Assembly (NCBI GenBank): GCA_951406725.2
Contig: OX597823.1
Span: 77,190,001 to 77,254,000, forward strand
Origin: Octopus vulgaris
Lineage: Eukaryota
Direction of reading: 5' to 3'
DNA: 64,000 nucleotides
Shown: piece after piece, positions 14,730 through 27,715 of the stretch
Layout of the letters: the number at the start of each line of letters is the position of its first letter
Position numbering within the stretch: the stretch's first letter is position 1
Notes under the pieces: generated by a model
The model's database searches: none
Told to the model about the DNA's origin: nothing
The model's input: only the letters and a program-made list of their open reading frames with translations
Program-made: the position numbers and the translations under genes

Positions 14730-14994
14730 TACATAAAAAAACGGAGGTGAAAATAGCACAGACGTAAGTCTAAGACATTTCAATTAATAGAGAATTTAAT
14801 AAAAATTACTTTTAAAAATTATATAAAGAAAATATTACAGGTTTCAATGAATCTCATCATATCAAATATCAGTAAACATTTATGAAAATTCTAAGTAAAA
14901 AACAGTTTGTCTTCTCTCTGGGGATCAAGAACATGTCTCTTGACCCCCAGACAGAAGGTAAACTATTTTTACTTCAAATTTTTATAAATATCTA

Positions 14995-16358
14995 CTGCTA
15001 TTTGACCGGTTTCTCTTACATCAATAATCAGCAAGATGTTCGAAACCATCCTTAAGAAAAGTATGATGCTCCACCTCCTAAGCACAGCCTCGATCACTGA
15101 TTCCCAACACGGCTTCGTGCCGAAGAGATCATGCTTGACCAACTTACTAGTAATGGAAGAATTGGTGACGCGCATCCTCGATGATAGTGATGCTGTTGAC
15201 ATCGTTTTATTGGACTTTGCCAAAGCTTTTGACTCGGTAAACCACCGCCTACTACTTGTCAAGCTTCAAGCATATAGTTTCCATCCGGATATTGTACGAT
15301 GGGTTGGTGCCTTCCTCTCAGATCGCTCCTTCCAAGTTCAAGTTAATGGTTCGCGGTCCGACGTCTCCAGTGCGAGCAGTGGCGTGCCTCAAGGTTCAGT
15401 GCTTGGGCCCTTGTTGTTCTTAGTCTTCATAAATGACTTGCCCGACGACCTCACGCAACACACCCTTCTATTTGCCAATGATATCAAACTGGTCGCTCCT
15501 CGCGGTAGTATAGAGGATCTTCGTCGATGCCTCCACCAAATTTGGAAGTGGTCTAACGATTGGGACCTGTGTCTGAACGTGTCAAAGTGCTGTCATCTGC
15601 CTGTCGGCTCTACTCCTACAACTCAACTTGATTTCGAGCCGGGTCGTCTGCTGCTGGAGAGGACCGATCAGGTAAAGGACCTGGGTATCTTGGTGGATTC
15701 CTCCTTTTCGCCTTCGGCCCAGTGCGTCCATGCTGCCAACAAAGCGCGCGGAATTCTGTTTTTGATTCAACGGTCATTCGGAGTGCTCACAGCAGCCATA
15801 TTCCTGCCACTCTATGTCACGCTGGTGAGACCCATATTGGAGTATGGGATTCAAGCCTCTTCTCCTTATCTCCTCAAAGACATACAGCACCTCGAAAGAG
15901 TCCAGAGGCTGGCTACCCGCCTGGTTCATGGTCTCAAAAATTTGTCCTACGAAGAAAGGCTGAGGACGCTCGACCTTTATTCTCTTGAAAAACGCCGCCG
16001 CCGTGGTGATCTCATTCTCGCCCACAACATCATAAGTGGGAAGTGTAACCTCTTGAAAGAGCTGTTCTTCACTCCTGCTCCGGAGCGTCGGCTGCGGGGT
16101 CATTCCGAAAAGCTCTACCTGCGACGATTTCATCTCAATCGAAGGAGAGGAGTTTTCTCCGTCCGGGTTGCGGATCCGTGGAACAAGCTGCCAGATGAGA
16201 TGGTGAAGATGCCGACGACCGCTTTGTTCAAAGCCTCCCTGGACCTCAAGTGGCCTGAACTCTTTACATGAACACCACCCTGTACTTAACTCCATGTCCC
16301 CCTACATGGCCTTGCTATTTGCTTTTGAGCCAAATTAACTAACTAACTAACTAACTAA
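14995..16358 (+). mobile_element. 5'-truncated CR1-group LINE with (AACT)n tail
   Basis: PVSLTS, QHGF, LDFAKAFDSV, GVPQGSVLGPLLFLVFINDL, LERVQRLAT, LEKRRRRGDLI; short 3'UTR and (AACT)n. Confidence 0.93.
15036..16271 (+). pseudogene. CR1-group reverse transcriptase ORF fragment (411 aa, open)
   Basis: Uninterrupted RT plus C-terminus, but catalytic FADD reads FAND and the endonuclease is missing. Confidence 0.88.
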
Positions 16359-16751
16359 GATGAGATTCATCAAAGCTGGTAATATTTTATTTATATAATT
16401 TTAAAAAATCATTTTTATTAAATTCCCTCTTAAGTTGAAATATCTTAGACTTACTTCTGTGCTATTTCCACCTCCATTTATGTATAAAATTTGATTTGTA
16501 TAGATCTCTAACCATTTTTCAACTGTGTACATATACATATATGTACATATATACATGTATATGTGTGTGTGTGTGTGTGTGTATGCATATACATATATAT
16601 ATATGTATATATATAAATATATATATACATGAATATATATTTATACATGTATATATTTTTATATATATATACATGTATATATACATATAAATGTATGTGT
16701 GTATTTTTCCCTTGTTAACAATTAACATGGAATATATATATATGTATATAT

Positions 16752-16940
16752 ATAGGGAGAATTCGTGAAAAAAGCAAAAGACGAAGACAGGTGGTGTAGA
16801 AAACAAACAGATGTATTAGTATAACGCTCAGGAATTGAAAACTTCTTTTACGTTTCGAGCCTACGCTTTTCCACAGAAAGGAACACAGAAAGAAACAAGG
16901 AGGGGAACAAGGAGAGAAAAGAAATGTGTGTACTGGCTAC
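16752..16940 (-). mobile_element. Solo Penelope terminal-repeat-like unit with variant hammerhead
   Basis: Homologous to 21465-21650 and 21675-21870; minus strand cttt CTGTGGAA aagc gtag gctc GAAA cg TA aaag. Confidence 0.7.
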
Positions 16941-18289
16941 CAATACATACATAAATATATATATATATATATATATACATTATATATATATACATTATAT
17001 ATCTATATCTATATATATGGTAGCCTCACTTGTGCTACTTCCATGGAAAGAGCACCCAGTGTACTCTGTAAAGTGGTTGGTATTAGGAAGGGTATCCAGC
17101 TATACAAGTTACAATTACCTCAGTTTTTTCAACCAATGATATTACTTGCTGCTATTTAGTCCTTATATCCTCTTTAGCCAAAACATCACACATATAGAAC
17201 CTCCCCACGCACACACTCATATGCATAGTTACAAATAATCACAAACAACTAACTCTTTATATTTGTTGAAAACAGCCCCAATTATGCAATATTAATAACA
17301 TTCTTTCTCCCACTATTGTTATCATAATTATTCATTATTTTTTTTTTCTAAACATATTATCTCGTACTTTCATTAATAAATTTCGATTTCTTGATTTAAA
17401 TAGATAATTTTATCGCTTTGGTGAAACCATTTCAGTTTTATTAATATTTTAAGAGGAAAGTGAATGTGAGAGAAGTTGTAGATGAGGAGAAAGTTCAAGG
17501 GCAAGAGGTGTATAGATGTAGAGATAGGGGAATAGATAGATAGATACACAGATAAACACAGAGGGAGCAAAAATGAACAAACAATGACAGAGAAATGAAA
17601 GGAAGCATCCATTTTGTTATTACTTCAGAAATATATATACATTGTTCTAAATAATTTGCCATATAATTATACATCCTGTATTGTTTCAATCTAACTCTTC
17701 AGTGGCTTTTACAAATTTCTGAAAGCCATGACCTATAGAGAAAAAGAAAATTTTGTATGGTTGCTTAAACTGCTAGAAATAGCAGCTATATCTCCACTAA
17801 GTCATACACATTGTTTCCATAAAAGAAGAAGGGCAGATTGGAGAATGTGGTCCTTAGTATAAAGAGACAGGATAGTCATGGGTGAAGTGCATTGCATCAA
17901 AGGTTTGCTCAAGTATGGCTAATCTAAGGATAAATAACAATCAAAAGAGTGTCTATGTGTTTGGAAATGATAGCCAAAACACTCTCAAATCACATTGTTA
18001 CACTTTCAAAAAAGAAGAACAAATTCGAGAATATTGTCTCTAATATAGAAAAAGCTTGGTAGGCTTAGGAGGAAATTTTTCATCATAAATCTGCTCAAGA
18101 AATAATTTGTGAAAACAAAAGATTCATCCTGCATACAACTGGCTTGAGAAAAAGGAAGGACAGATTGGAGGATGCAGTCCTTTGGTATACATGTGTATGT
18201 GAAAGAAAGGGAGAGAAGGAATATATGCACATGCATGTATATGCATGTGTGTCATCATGATCATCACCATCATCATCATCACCATCATC

Positions 18290-19880
18290 ATCGTCATCAT
18301 CATCATCATCACTTAATGTCCATTGTCCATGTTGGCATGGGTTGGACGGTTTGACTGGGCTGGCTTGCTGGAAGGCTGCGCCAGGCTCTAGTTTTATTTG
18401 GCCTGGTTTTCTATGGCTGGATGTCCTTCCTAATGCCAACCACTCTGAGAGTGTAATGGGTGCTTTTACATGCCACCGGTATCTGCCATGACTGTGATTT
18501 TGCTCAGATTGATTGGTCTTCTTCTCAAGCAGTACATAATGTCAAAGGTTTTGGTCATTGCCTCCATGAGGCTCAACACTTGAAAGGAACTTGGCCACTT
18601 TGTCTCTATCAGGCCCAGTGCTCAAAAGGAACTCAGTCACCTTGTCTCCATGAGGCCAAATGCTCGAAAGGAACTCACCCACTTTGCCTCCATGAGACCC
18701 AACACTTAAAAAGCTCAGCCTCTTTACCCCAGTCAAGCCCAATGCCCGAAAGGAACTCAGCCACTATGCGTCCATGAGGCCTAATGCTCAAAATGAACAA
18801 ACAGCCACGTTGCCCCTATGAGGCCCAGCGTTCAAAGGTTGATTTCTTGCATGCCACCAGCATAGGTGCACATGGCTAGACAGGACCTCTTAAGCAGAGC
18901 ACATCGCCAAAGGTTTCAGTCAGTAGTCACTGCCTCTGCAAGACTCCAAATTCGGAGGTCATGCTTCACCGCCTTGTCCTATGTCTTCCAGTGTTTACCT
19001 CTACCACAGGTCCCCTCCAAAATTAGGGATTGGCACTTCTTTACACAGCTGTCCTCGTCTATATGCATCTCAGGACCATACCAGCACAGTCATCTCTCTT
19101 GCACACCATATCTAATTCCTGTTATGCCTAACTTTTCTCTCAAGATGCTTACACTCTGTTGAACATGTACACTAACATTGCACATCGAGTGAAGGATACT
19201 GGATTCATTTCTTTAAAGCCTACACATGTCCTCAGCTGTTATAGCCCATGTTTCACTGCCATGCAGCATAGCTGTTCACACACAGGCATCTGCCTTTCAC
19301 TCTGAGAGAGAGGACAGCAGGGGTAGGATCTCCCTGAGCTTTTCCTAACCTAATCTTATTCTCACACTTACACTCTCAGAACATCCAGCTCTACTACTAA
19401 CCTAGATACTGGAAGCTATCAACAACCTCTAGCTTTCCCCATTGGCAGTTGATGGAGTCTATTTTCCACGCATGTTCAGCAATTATTATGCCTGTTTACC
19501 TTCCATATACAAAAACTAGTTTCTCTGTTAACCTTCCTTTGATATTGCTGCACCTCTTATGTGTCTAAACCTTACACTGGGTGCATCTTATGGAGTTTCT
19601 ACCTACACCTTTTCTACAGACTGAGCAGGGCCATCTACCTCAAGGGATTTGTGATTTGTCTGCCTTGCTACTTAGTAGAACTTTGGTTTTTGCTAGGTTA
19701 ACTCTAAGGCCTTTCGATTCTAGACCTTGTTTCCATACCTGGAATTTCATCTCTAATTCAGATGGTGATTCAGATATAAGAGCAAGGTCATCTGCAAAGC
19801 AGAGCTCCCAGGAACAGCCTGTCTTGAATTCCTCTGTTATTGCTTTGAGAACTATGATGAACAAGAGGGGGCTGAGCAAC
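18290..19880 (-). mobile_element. Decayed RTE LINE copy (RT fragment plus 3'UTR)
   Basis: [31 protein letters not shown] matches the 7578 copy; 3'UTR has a different ~37-bp tandem repeat (18560-18840) and a (TGA)n tail. Confidence 0.88.
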
Positions 19881-20600
19881 GAGTATGTCAAAGTATGTCA
19901 AATAAAATACAACATAAATTTTTGATTTATTAAAATTAATTCTAATTCTGGATGATGTAACATAGTTACCAAATGGTAATTAGGAAGGGGAGATAACCTC
20001 TTGGGGAGGGGAGATAACCTCAAGAATCAAGAATTTTTCCAAAACTAACATTCCATTACAGAAAAAGGCTTATTGTTTCAAGTTGTCCAAGATGCCAAGC
20101 AGTAGGACTGAAACTGAAACCATGTAGTTGGAAAGCAAACATTTTAACACACAGTTCTATATTTAAGAGATGAGGAATTATTTACATTATTTAGATTATT
20201 TACATTTGACAGATGTTTGTCATCTTCTTTATTGTTAACAACAAACAAGAGGAAGACAAATATCTGTTAAATGTAAATAATGTACTTTTAACACACAGTC
20301 ATGTATTATATATTTATCATCATCATCACCAACTTTTAATGTCCATCTTCCATACTGGTATGAGTTGGATAGATTGACAGTATCTGATGGATCCGAGGAC
20401 TGTACTATTTTACAGTATCTGCCTTGACCTGGTTTCTATTGCTGGGCAACCTCCCTAATGCCAACGACCTTTCAGAGTGCACTGGGTGCCTTGTTGTGGA
20501 ACTAGCAAAAATAAGGTCACCATAGAGATTCTATGACTAAGATTCTCTTCAAATGAGTGATGCTGTAGTAAGGGAAGATGACTTTATTCATACATATAGA

Positions 20601-20655
<55 letters not shown>

Positions 20656-21024
20656 TACATACACATACAAACATGCATATTTAATGTAGATATATCCTTA
20701 CAGAGTTTTGGAATATGGCCTTATCAAAGATTAAAATTCCAATCATTTTATCAAGCATCATTGTTACTTATACTATTGTTCCAGGTGATTCTTAAGAGTA
20801 TTCTTATATTTCTTGAAGATGATATACATATTTAATTCTTGAACTTTTCAAATTGTATTATATTTTACTGTACTTTTATATCTCATAACCATGTCAGTTA
20901 TCGTGTCACTTAACTTTTTAGATTGCAATAGTTGATATATACATATATATGTGTGTGTTTGTGTGTGTGTAGGTAGGTATATATAAGTATATATATATAT
21001 ATCAGTGATGATTATGATATATAT

Positions 21025-21410
21025 ATCATCATCATCATCTTCATTTCACGTCCGCTTTCCATGCTAGCTTGAGTTGGACGATTTGACAGAGGGCTGGCGA
21101 ACCAGTTGGCTGCACCAAGCTTCAATCTTGATCTGGCAGAGTTTCTACAGCTGGATGCCCTTCCTAACGCCAACCACTCCGAGAGTGTAGTGGAAGGTTT
21201 TTACGTGCCACCGGCATGGGGGCCAGAGAGGCGGTACTGGCAACGACCTCACTTGAATGTTTTTACACATGCCACCGGCACAGGTGCCAGTCAGGCGATG
21301 CTGGTAATGGTCACGCTCGAATGGTGCAACTTACGTGCCACCAGCACGGAGGCCAGTTAGCCGATCTTGCAACGATCATGCTCGGATGGTGCCCTTAGCA
21401 CCATATTAGC
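21025..21410 (-). mobile_element. RTE 3' tail copy (family B)
   Basis: Same tail and tandem units; subfamily shared with 57475-58080. Confidence 0.85.
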
Positions 21411-21429
21411 ATGGGGCTCAAGTAAGGCG

Positions 21430-21464
<35 letters not shown>

Positions 21465-21979
21465 TAGGGGGAGAATACACAAAAAAACAAAAGACGAAGG
21501 CAGGTGATGTACAAACAAACAGATGTATTAGCATAATGCTCGAGAAATGAAAAAGTCTTTAACACTTCAAGCTTCCGCTCTTCCACAGAAAGGAACACAG
21601 AAAGAAACAAGGAGAAAAGAAAAGAATATGTAGTGGCTAGCAATCTATCATGGCAATATTTATATATATATATAACGGGAAGCTTTATGAAAATAGACAA
21701 AAGATGAAGGCAGGTGGAAAACAAACAAACAATTGTATTAGTATGACGCTCAGGAAATATAAATAAAACAAGTCTTTAACGTTTCAAGCCTACGCTCTTC
21801 AACAGAAAGATACACAGAGAGAAAAAAAACACAGAAAGAAGGAGAGAAAAAAATGCGTGCAGTAACTAACGAATCAACATGGCGATCTGATTTCGGCCAG
21901 AAGTCAAAGATCAAACATGAGACGCGAGAGCGAAATAAGGAGAGATAATAGGGTTGATAATAGGGTTGAATGACCACCT

Positions 21980-22053
21980 ATTAGTGCGTAGGAGGGGTCT
22001 GGACGTGTGTATGTGTAGGGTTGGTGTATGTATTAGTATGTATTAGTATGTAT

Positions 22054-22092
<39 letters not shown>

Positions 22093-22330
22093 AGAGAGGA
22101 TTAGTGCGTAGGATAGGTCTGGACAGGCGTATGTATGGGGTTGGTGTATGTATTAGTATGTATTAGTATGTATTAGTACGTATTAGTATGTATAAGTGTG
22201 TGTGTGTGTGTATGAGAGAGTATTAGTGCGTATGAGGGGTCTGGACGTGTGTATGTATAGGGTTGGTGTATGTATTAGTATGTATTACTACGTATTAGTA
22301 TGTATTAGTTGGTGTATGTATTAGTATGGC
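21980..22330. repeat. ~120-bp tandem repeat x3 with internal (TATTAGTATG)n and (TG)n
   Basis: ATTAGTGCGTA.GA.GGTCTGGAC recurs at ~21980, ~22100, ~22222. Confidence 0.85.
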
Positions 22331-22629
22331 ACATCATATATGATGTGATGTGTAAAGTCGTGTGGTGTAGTGAGGAGAAGAGGGGGAGGGGGAGAAGAGG
22401 GGGAGAAGGGGAGGGGGAGGAGAGGGGGAGGAGAGGGGGGAGAGGAGGGGAGAAGGAAGTGGAGGGGAGGGGGAGGAAGAGGGAAAGAGGGGGAGGGGGA
22501 GAGAGAAGGGGAGTGAGGGAGCAGAGGGAAGGGGAGTAGGGGTGAAAGGATGAAGGACTGAAGAAGTAGGGGTCGGGGGGAAGGATAGGTGAGGAGGGGG
22601 AGAGGGGGTTAGATGAGGAGGGGGGAGAG

Positions 22630-23362
22630 TTGAGACCAAATGGCGTATAAGAGCGAAGAGAGAAGATTAATTCCTGTTCACGGCGCAAACGGGAATCCGG
22701 ATGGCCTCTGTGTAAGGACAAACCGAACACAGATAGGTGTTGCAAGGAGTGACCGGTGGAGCGGAAATGGCGTGAGACCGGTGTGTCATTTGCAAGGTGG
22801 ATGTCACGAAGGTGTTCCGCGAACTGGTCAGCCAAGCGGGGTCCCGTTTGTCCGATGTACAAGGAATTGCAGAGAGAGCAAGAGACGCAATAGATAATAT
22901 TGCTGGAGGTGCAGGTGAAGGAGTGGATGATGGGATAGGGTCGATGGTGGGTGCTAGTGAGGCGGGTGGTGTTGGAGAGGTAAGGGCAAGTGCGGCAACG
23001 TGGGCGGGAGCAGGGGAACGAGCCGGGTTGGGAGGTAGGGTCAGGGAAGGAGCTATGGACCAAAAGGTCTCGAAGGTTGTGGGCTCGTTTGAAAGAGGGG
23101 AGGGGTCGGTTAGGGAAGAGGTGTGAAGTGGACGGGTCGGACTGGAGATGACGGAAAGCTCGAAGAATGGTGCGTTGGAGACGTAGGGTCGTGGGGTGGT
23201 AAGTGAGGGGAAAAGGGAGGCGGGAGACTACAGGGCGGGTTCGGGGAGAGAGAGCAGATACATGGTCCACGGACCGTGCTCTGGCAAGGGCGGTGTGGAT
23301 AGTGGTGAGGGGGTATCCACGTAGGGTGAAGTGGTGAGCCATGCGTTGAGACTGAGTCTCAA
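22630..23362 (-). pseudogene. Penelope-type GIY-YIG endonuclease domain fragment
   Basis: IIY...YIGQT motif and Cys/His zinc-binding residues within ORF 22305-23393; RT absent (5' truncated in (TA)n). Confidence 0.88.
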
Positions 23363-23397
23363 AATATATATATATATATATATACATATACATTTAC

Positions 23398-23429
<32 letters not shown>

Positions 23430-23849
23430 GTCCAAGCACACATAAAACATATATGTATATCAATATATATATATACTGATTACATATATATAAATATATA
23501 TATATATAGATATAGATATAGAAAGATAGATATATATATATACAAATATGTGTGTGTGTGTGTGTGTGCATGTATATTCATATATGTGTGTATATATATT
23601 TATAAATGAGGGTGGAAAATTTGATATTAATTTGATAATACCATCAATTTAACACCAAGTGGCTTAGCACATAAAAACCAAGGGAAAAATACAATTTTAT
23701 ACATAAATATTAGAGAGTGACCACTATATGGTTCACTCTAGTGCTAAAAATAGCTCTGCTAATGGTTTAACCACTAAAAGTTGTTTCCAAGAAGAAATAC
23801 CACTACATTTAACGTAAGGTAAGTGAAACACAACGAAAAAATAGATTAA

Positions 23850-23922
23850 CCCTGAACAATTGTTTCATTATTAATGTAATATGCAATTTTCCTTACACAA
23901 CATCCATAAATCTTCAGCAGAG
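23850..23922 (-). ncRNA. Putative minimal type I hammerhead ribozyme
   Basis: ctctg CTGAAGA tttat...ataat GAAA caattg TT caggg; 5-bp stem I, palindromic stem III, weak stem II. Confidence 0.6.
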
Positions 23923-24649
23923 GTTTGTCTTAAATACAATTTATTAAGTCGTAGCAAGCGTCAAATACACGTGCGGTTTAATCGCACGTGTGTATATCTA
24001 TACATGTGTGTATATATATACATACTTACACATATATCCATATCAACGCATGTGTGTGTATGTTCATATGTACTTTTATTATAGTTCCTATCATCATTAC
24101 ATGTTTTTTTTATACATCATATTTATTTCTTAAAAAACATATATTTTTTTTATTTTCTCCAGTGTTGTCAGTGAAGCATCTTACTTTAATTTCCTTGACA
24201 TAAATTTTAAATAATGACAGTTTATGATGCTGAATTACTTTTTTACAACTTCCTTCTGTTCAAGGGATTTCAATGCTGCAAGAATTTGTATGCCAATATA
24301 CTTCGACAGGTTTGGTTTTATTTCAAAAAACACTATAATTACAGATATTTACACTCAATACGCATTGCTGTTTTTGTTATATATTTTTTATTAGATTATT
24401 ATACAATTGTACTTTTTTCTTAATTTTATGTGTGATGCAGTAGGAAGATTACTTATCTTATTATATCGGGTTATTATTTTAAAAAAATTTCTTGTTTTTT
24501 TTTATATATTTGTTGTTTGTACCTTTGTTTGTATGTTTGTTTGTTTCATTATGTCTTATGGCTGCAACTACTAGAATGAAATTACTTTGTGAGTAATAAA
24601 ATACATGAAATGAAATTTAATGATATATATATGTATGTATGTATGTATG

Positions 24650-24713
<64 letters not shown>

Positions 24714-24853
24714 TATATCTATATATATGTGTATATATATATGTATATGTATGTGTGTGTGTGTTTGAGTGTGTATTTATATATATATATTGTGGTTGTA
24801 TGGGCATAAACACACACAGATACATACAGAAACATATGTATATATATATATAT

Positions 24854-25069
24854 ACTCTTTTACGATTTTACTTGTTCAAATCATTTGACTGTGACCATGC
24901 TGGAGCACCACCTTTAGTCGAGCAAATTGACCCCAAGACTTGCTCTTTGTAAGCCTAGTACTTATTCTATCAGTCTCTTTTGCCAAACTGCTAAGTTACG
25001 GGGACGGAAACACACCGGCATCGGATGTCAAGCAATGTTAGGAGAACAAACACAGACACAAAAACATGT

Positions 25070-25101
<32 letters not shown>

Positions 25102-25273
25102 GCATATATACAACGGGCTTCTTTCAGTTTCCATCTACCAAATCCACTCACAAGGCTTTGGTCGGCCTGAGGCTATAGTAGAAGACACTTGCCCAAGGTG
25201 CCACGCAATGGGACTAAACCCGGAATCATGTGTTTCGTAAGCAAGCTACTTACCACACAGCCACTCCTATGCC

Positions 25274-25275
<2 letters not shown>
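24854..25275 (-). mobile_element. Family A SINE, full length
   Basis: Full-length match to family A. Confidence 0.9.
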
Positions 25276-25305
<30 letters not shown>

Positions 25306-25817
25306 TAATATATATATATATCTGTAAAATAATATGTGACAATTATTCAGTTTTTACAAATAAATTTCCTCTATTTACATAATATTGTGGTCTCTTTCTT
25401 TCTTTTGTTATCTTACCATTTTTACCAATATATATATATATATACACTTGTACACGAATATTTATACATATAAACATACACACACATATATAAATAATAT
25501 AAACATATATATTCATATACATAATTAGCTTGTGTTTTATCTTTTACATTAAATTTTTTAATTTTTATTTGCTAGTTTTAATTCAATTTTAATTGCAAAG
25601 TCATTCTTAAATTTACTATGTATGTGTTCTTTGAAGTATGCAAACATATACCTTCATTTATTATTTAAGTTTACTCGTGGGCATGTGTGTTTGTATCTGT
25701 ATCTATTTATGTGAGTGTATATAGTGTATATGCATATGTATGTATCTATGTATATATGTATGTATGTATGTATCTATCTATCTATCTGTTTACCTAATCT
25801 ACCTATCTAACTGTATA

Positions 25818-26197
25818 TCTCTCTCTATATAAACAGCAGTTTGTCTGTGCGTGTTTCTGTGTGTCTGTTTGCTTGTACCCTCACCCTGACCACGGCTTTC
25901 AACCGATTCTGATGAAACTTGACACACACATAGCCCAATGTCATAATTCAAAACTAACGCAGCGAAAATTTTGAAAAGTTCCCCCAGTTCTGAAAAAAAT
26001 CGATAAATTCGACATGGGGTCGAGAATCAGAAACACAAACCAGACTGTCTAGGGGGCGCAACTCGACCTTTTTAACTAAAAAAAAAATTTACCATCATTT
26101 TTTTCCATTTTTTTGCTATTTTTTGGCTATAACTCTCTAAAAATGCTTTATAGTTATTTCCCTTACAAACCCGAGCAACGCCGGGTGATACTGCTAG
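25818..26197 (+). mobile_element. Non-autonomous Helitron
   Basis: 5' TC...TATATAAAC start after A, 3' hairpin CCCGAGCAACGCCGGG then CTAG followed by T; no TSD. Confidence 0.8.
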
Positions 26198-26202
26198 TAT
26201 AC

Positions 26203-26260
<58 letters not shown>

Positions 26261-26269
26261 CAAAAGTGA

Positions 26270-26602
26270 AAAGACCCACTTCGGTCATGAATGGCAATCT
26301 GATTGCATCTAGAGTGTTCCCCTCTGAGGCACAAGTCTGGGCAAGGTTGTTTACGGTAGATCAGCAGTCGTCCATGCATACCAGGCTCCCCTCTCCATGC
26401 CACTGATGTTATCCAATTAAAAGACAAAGGCTGATGCAGCTTGGCACCTGTGACATGACAATTCATTTCTACAGCTGAGTGAATGGAGCAACATGAAATA
26501 AATTGTCTTTTCTCATGTACACAACACACAGCCCAATCTGGGAACTGAAGACACTACCTCATGTGAGCCTTGATGCTCTAACCATAGAGCCATGTGCTTT
26601 CA
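26270..26602 (-). mobile_element. Family D SINE, decayed
   Basis: Colinear with 14318-14660. Confidence 0.8.
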
Positions 26603-26813
26603 CATCTATCTATCTATATACATACACACACAAACACACACACATATATATACACACACACACACATTTATAGAAGCATACATTTATATATATACATACA
26701 TATATACATATTCATATATATACATATATATATACACACACACATATATATATATATATATACACACATACATATATATACATATATATACATACACACA
26801 CACATATATATAT

Positions 26814-26862
<49 letters not shown>

Positions 26863-26957
26863 TATATACATACATACATACATATATACTTACATACATA
26901 CTTATATATATATATATATATGTGTGTGTGTATATATGTATATATATATATATCATA

Positions 26958-27376
26958 TATGCCAACCCCACCTCGAATGGCTTCTGTGCCGGTGGCACAT
27001 AAAAAGCACCATCCAAACGTGGCCGATGCCAGCACCGCCCCGACTGGCTCCTGTGCCGGTGGCACATAAAAGCACCATCCGAACGTGGCCGATACCAGCA
27101 CCGCCTTGACTGGCTTCTGTGCCGGTGGCACATAAAAAGCACCAACCGATCGTGGCCGAGGCCAGACCCCTCTGGCACCTGTGCAGGTGGCATGTAAAAA
27201 GCACCCACTACACTCGCGGAGTGGTTGGCGTTAGGAAGGGCATCCAGCTGTAGAAACACTGCCAGATCAGACTGGAGCCTGGTGCAGCCCCTGGCTTCCC
27301 AGACCCCGGTCGAACCGTCCAACCCATGCTAGCGCGGAAAACGGACGTTAAACGATGATGATGATGATGATGATGA
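26958..27376 (+). mobile_element. RTE 3' tail copy (family B)
   Basis: Four ~64-bp units, conserved terminal segment and (GAT)n. Confidence 0.88.
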
Positions 27377-27715
27377 TATGTATAACTGGAGCAGGATCAG
27401 TTGTGTAGTTTAGAAGTTTCCAAACCATGTTACATTTGGTTCAGTCGCAATACATTTCTTGTCTTCTTGTTACCCTAGGCAGGCCAAATCCTTGTGAGTG
27501 GATATGGTAGAGAGAAACTTGATGAAGTCTAGTGTATATCTGTGCATAATCACATAGATATATGACTTATATTTCAGACAACCTGCAATGTATTCTAATT
27601 TTAAATATATTTATACACTTTCTGTGAATTAAAAGCATTATATACCTTCCTTAACTATTTAGCATATGGATTATGCTGTCAAATGTTATACTTGTTTATT
27701 TACATTGTTTTAAAT

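Larger units (their letters stand above)
14727..16485. repeat. ~130-bp inverted repeat pair (14727-14858 / 16359-16485) enclosing a LINE insertion
   Basis: Arms are reverse complements; inner ends read GATGAGATTCAT(T/C)(G/A)AA.CT.GTA, hammerhead-like. Confidence 0.8.
21465..23362 (-). mobile_element. 3' part of a Penelope-like element: GIY-YIG endonuclease, low-complexity tract, tandem terminal units
   Basis: ORF has RGYP, PLTYHP, C..PRCRTC, FTCTSSNIIYCVSCSLC..LYIGQTG, EHLRDI, PFGLN; followed by ~120-bp tandem repeats and two hammerhead-bearing units. Confidence 0.9.

Noticed and set aside
22305-22630. Pro/Ser/Leu-rich C-terminal extension of the Penelope ORF
   Set aside because: Read-through into a polypyrimidine low-complexity tract after the PFGLN end
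25900-25925. CTGATGAAAC as a hammerhead core
   Set aside because: No stem II or downstream GAAA; it is part of the ACCGATT.TGATGAAA.TT motif in the Helitron 5' region
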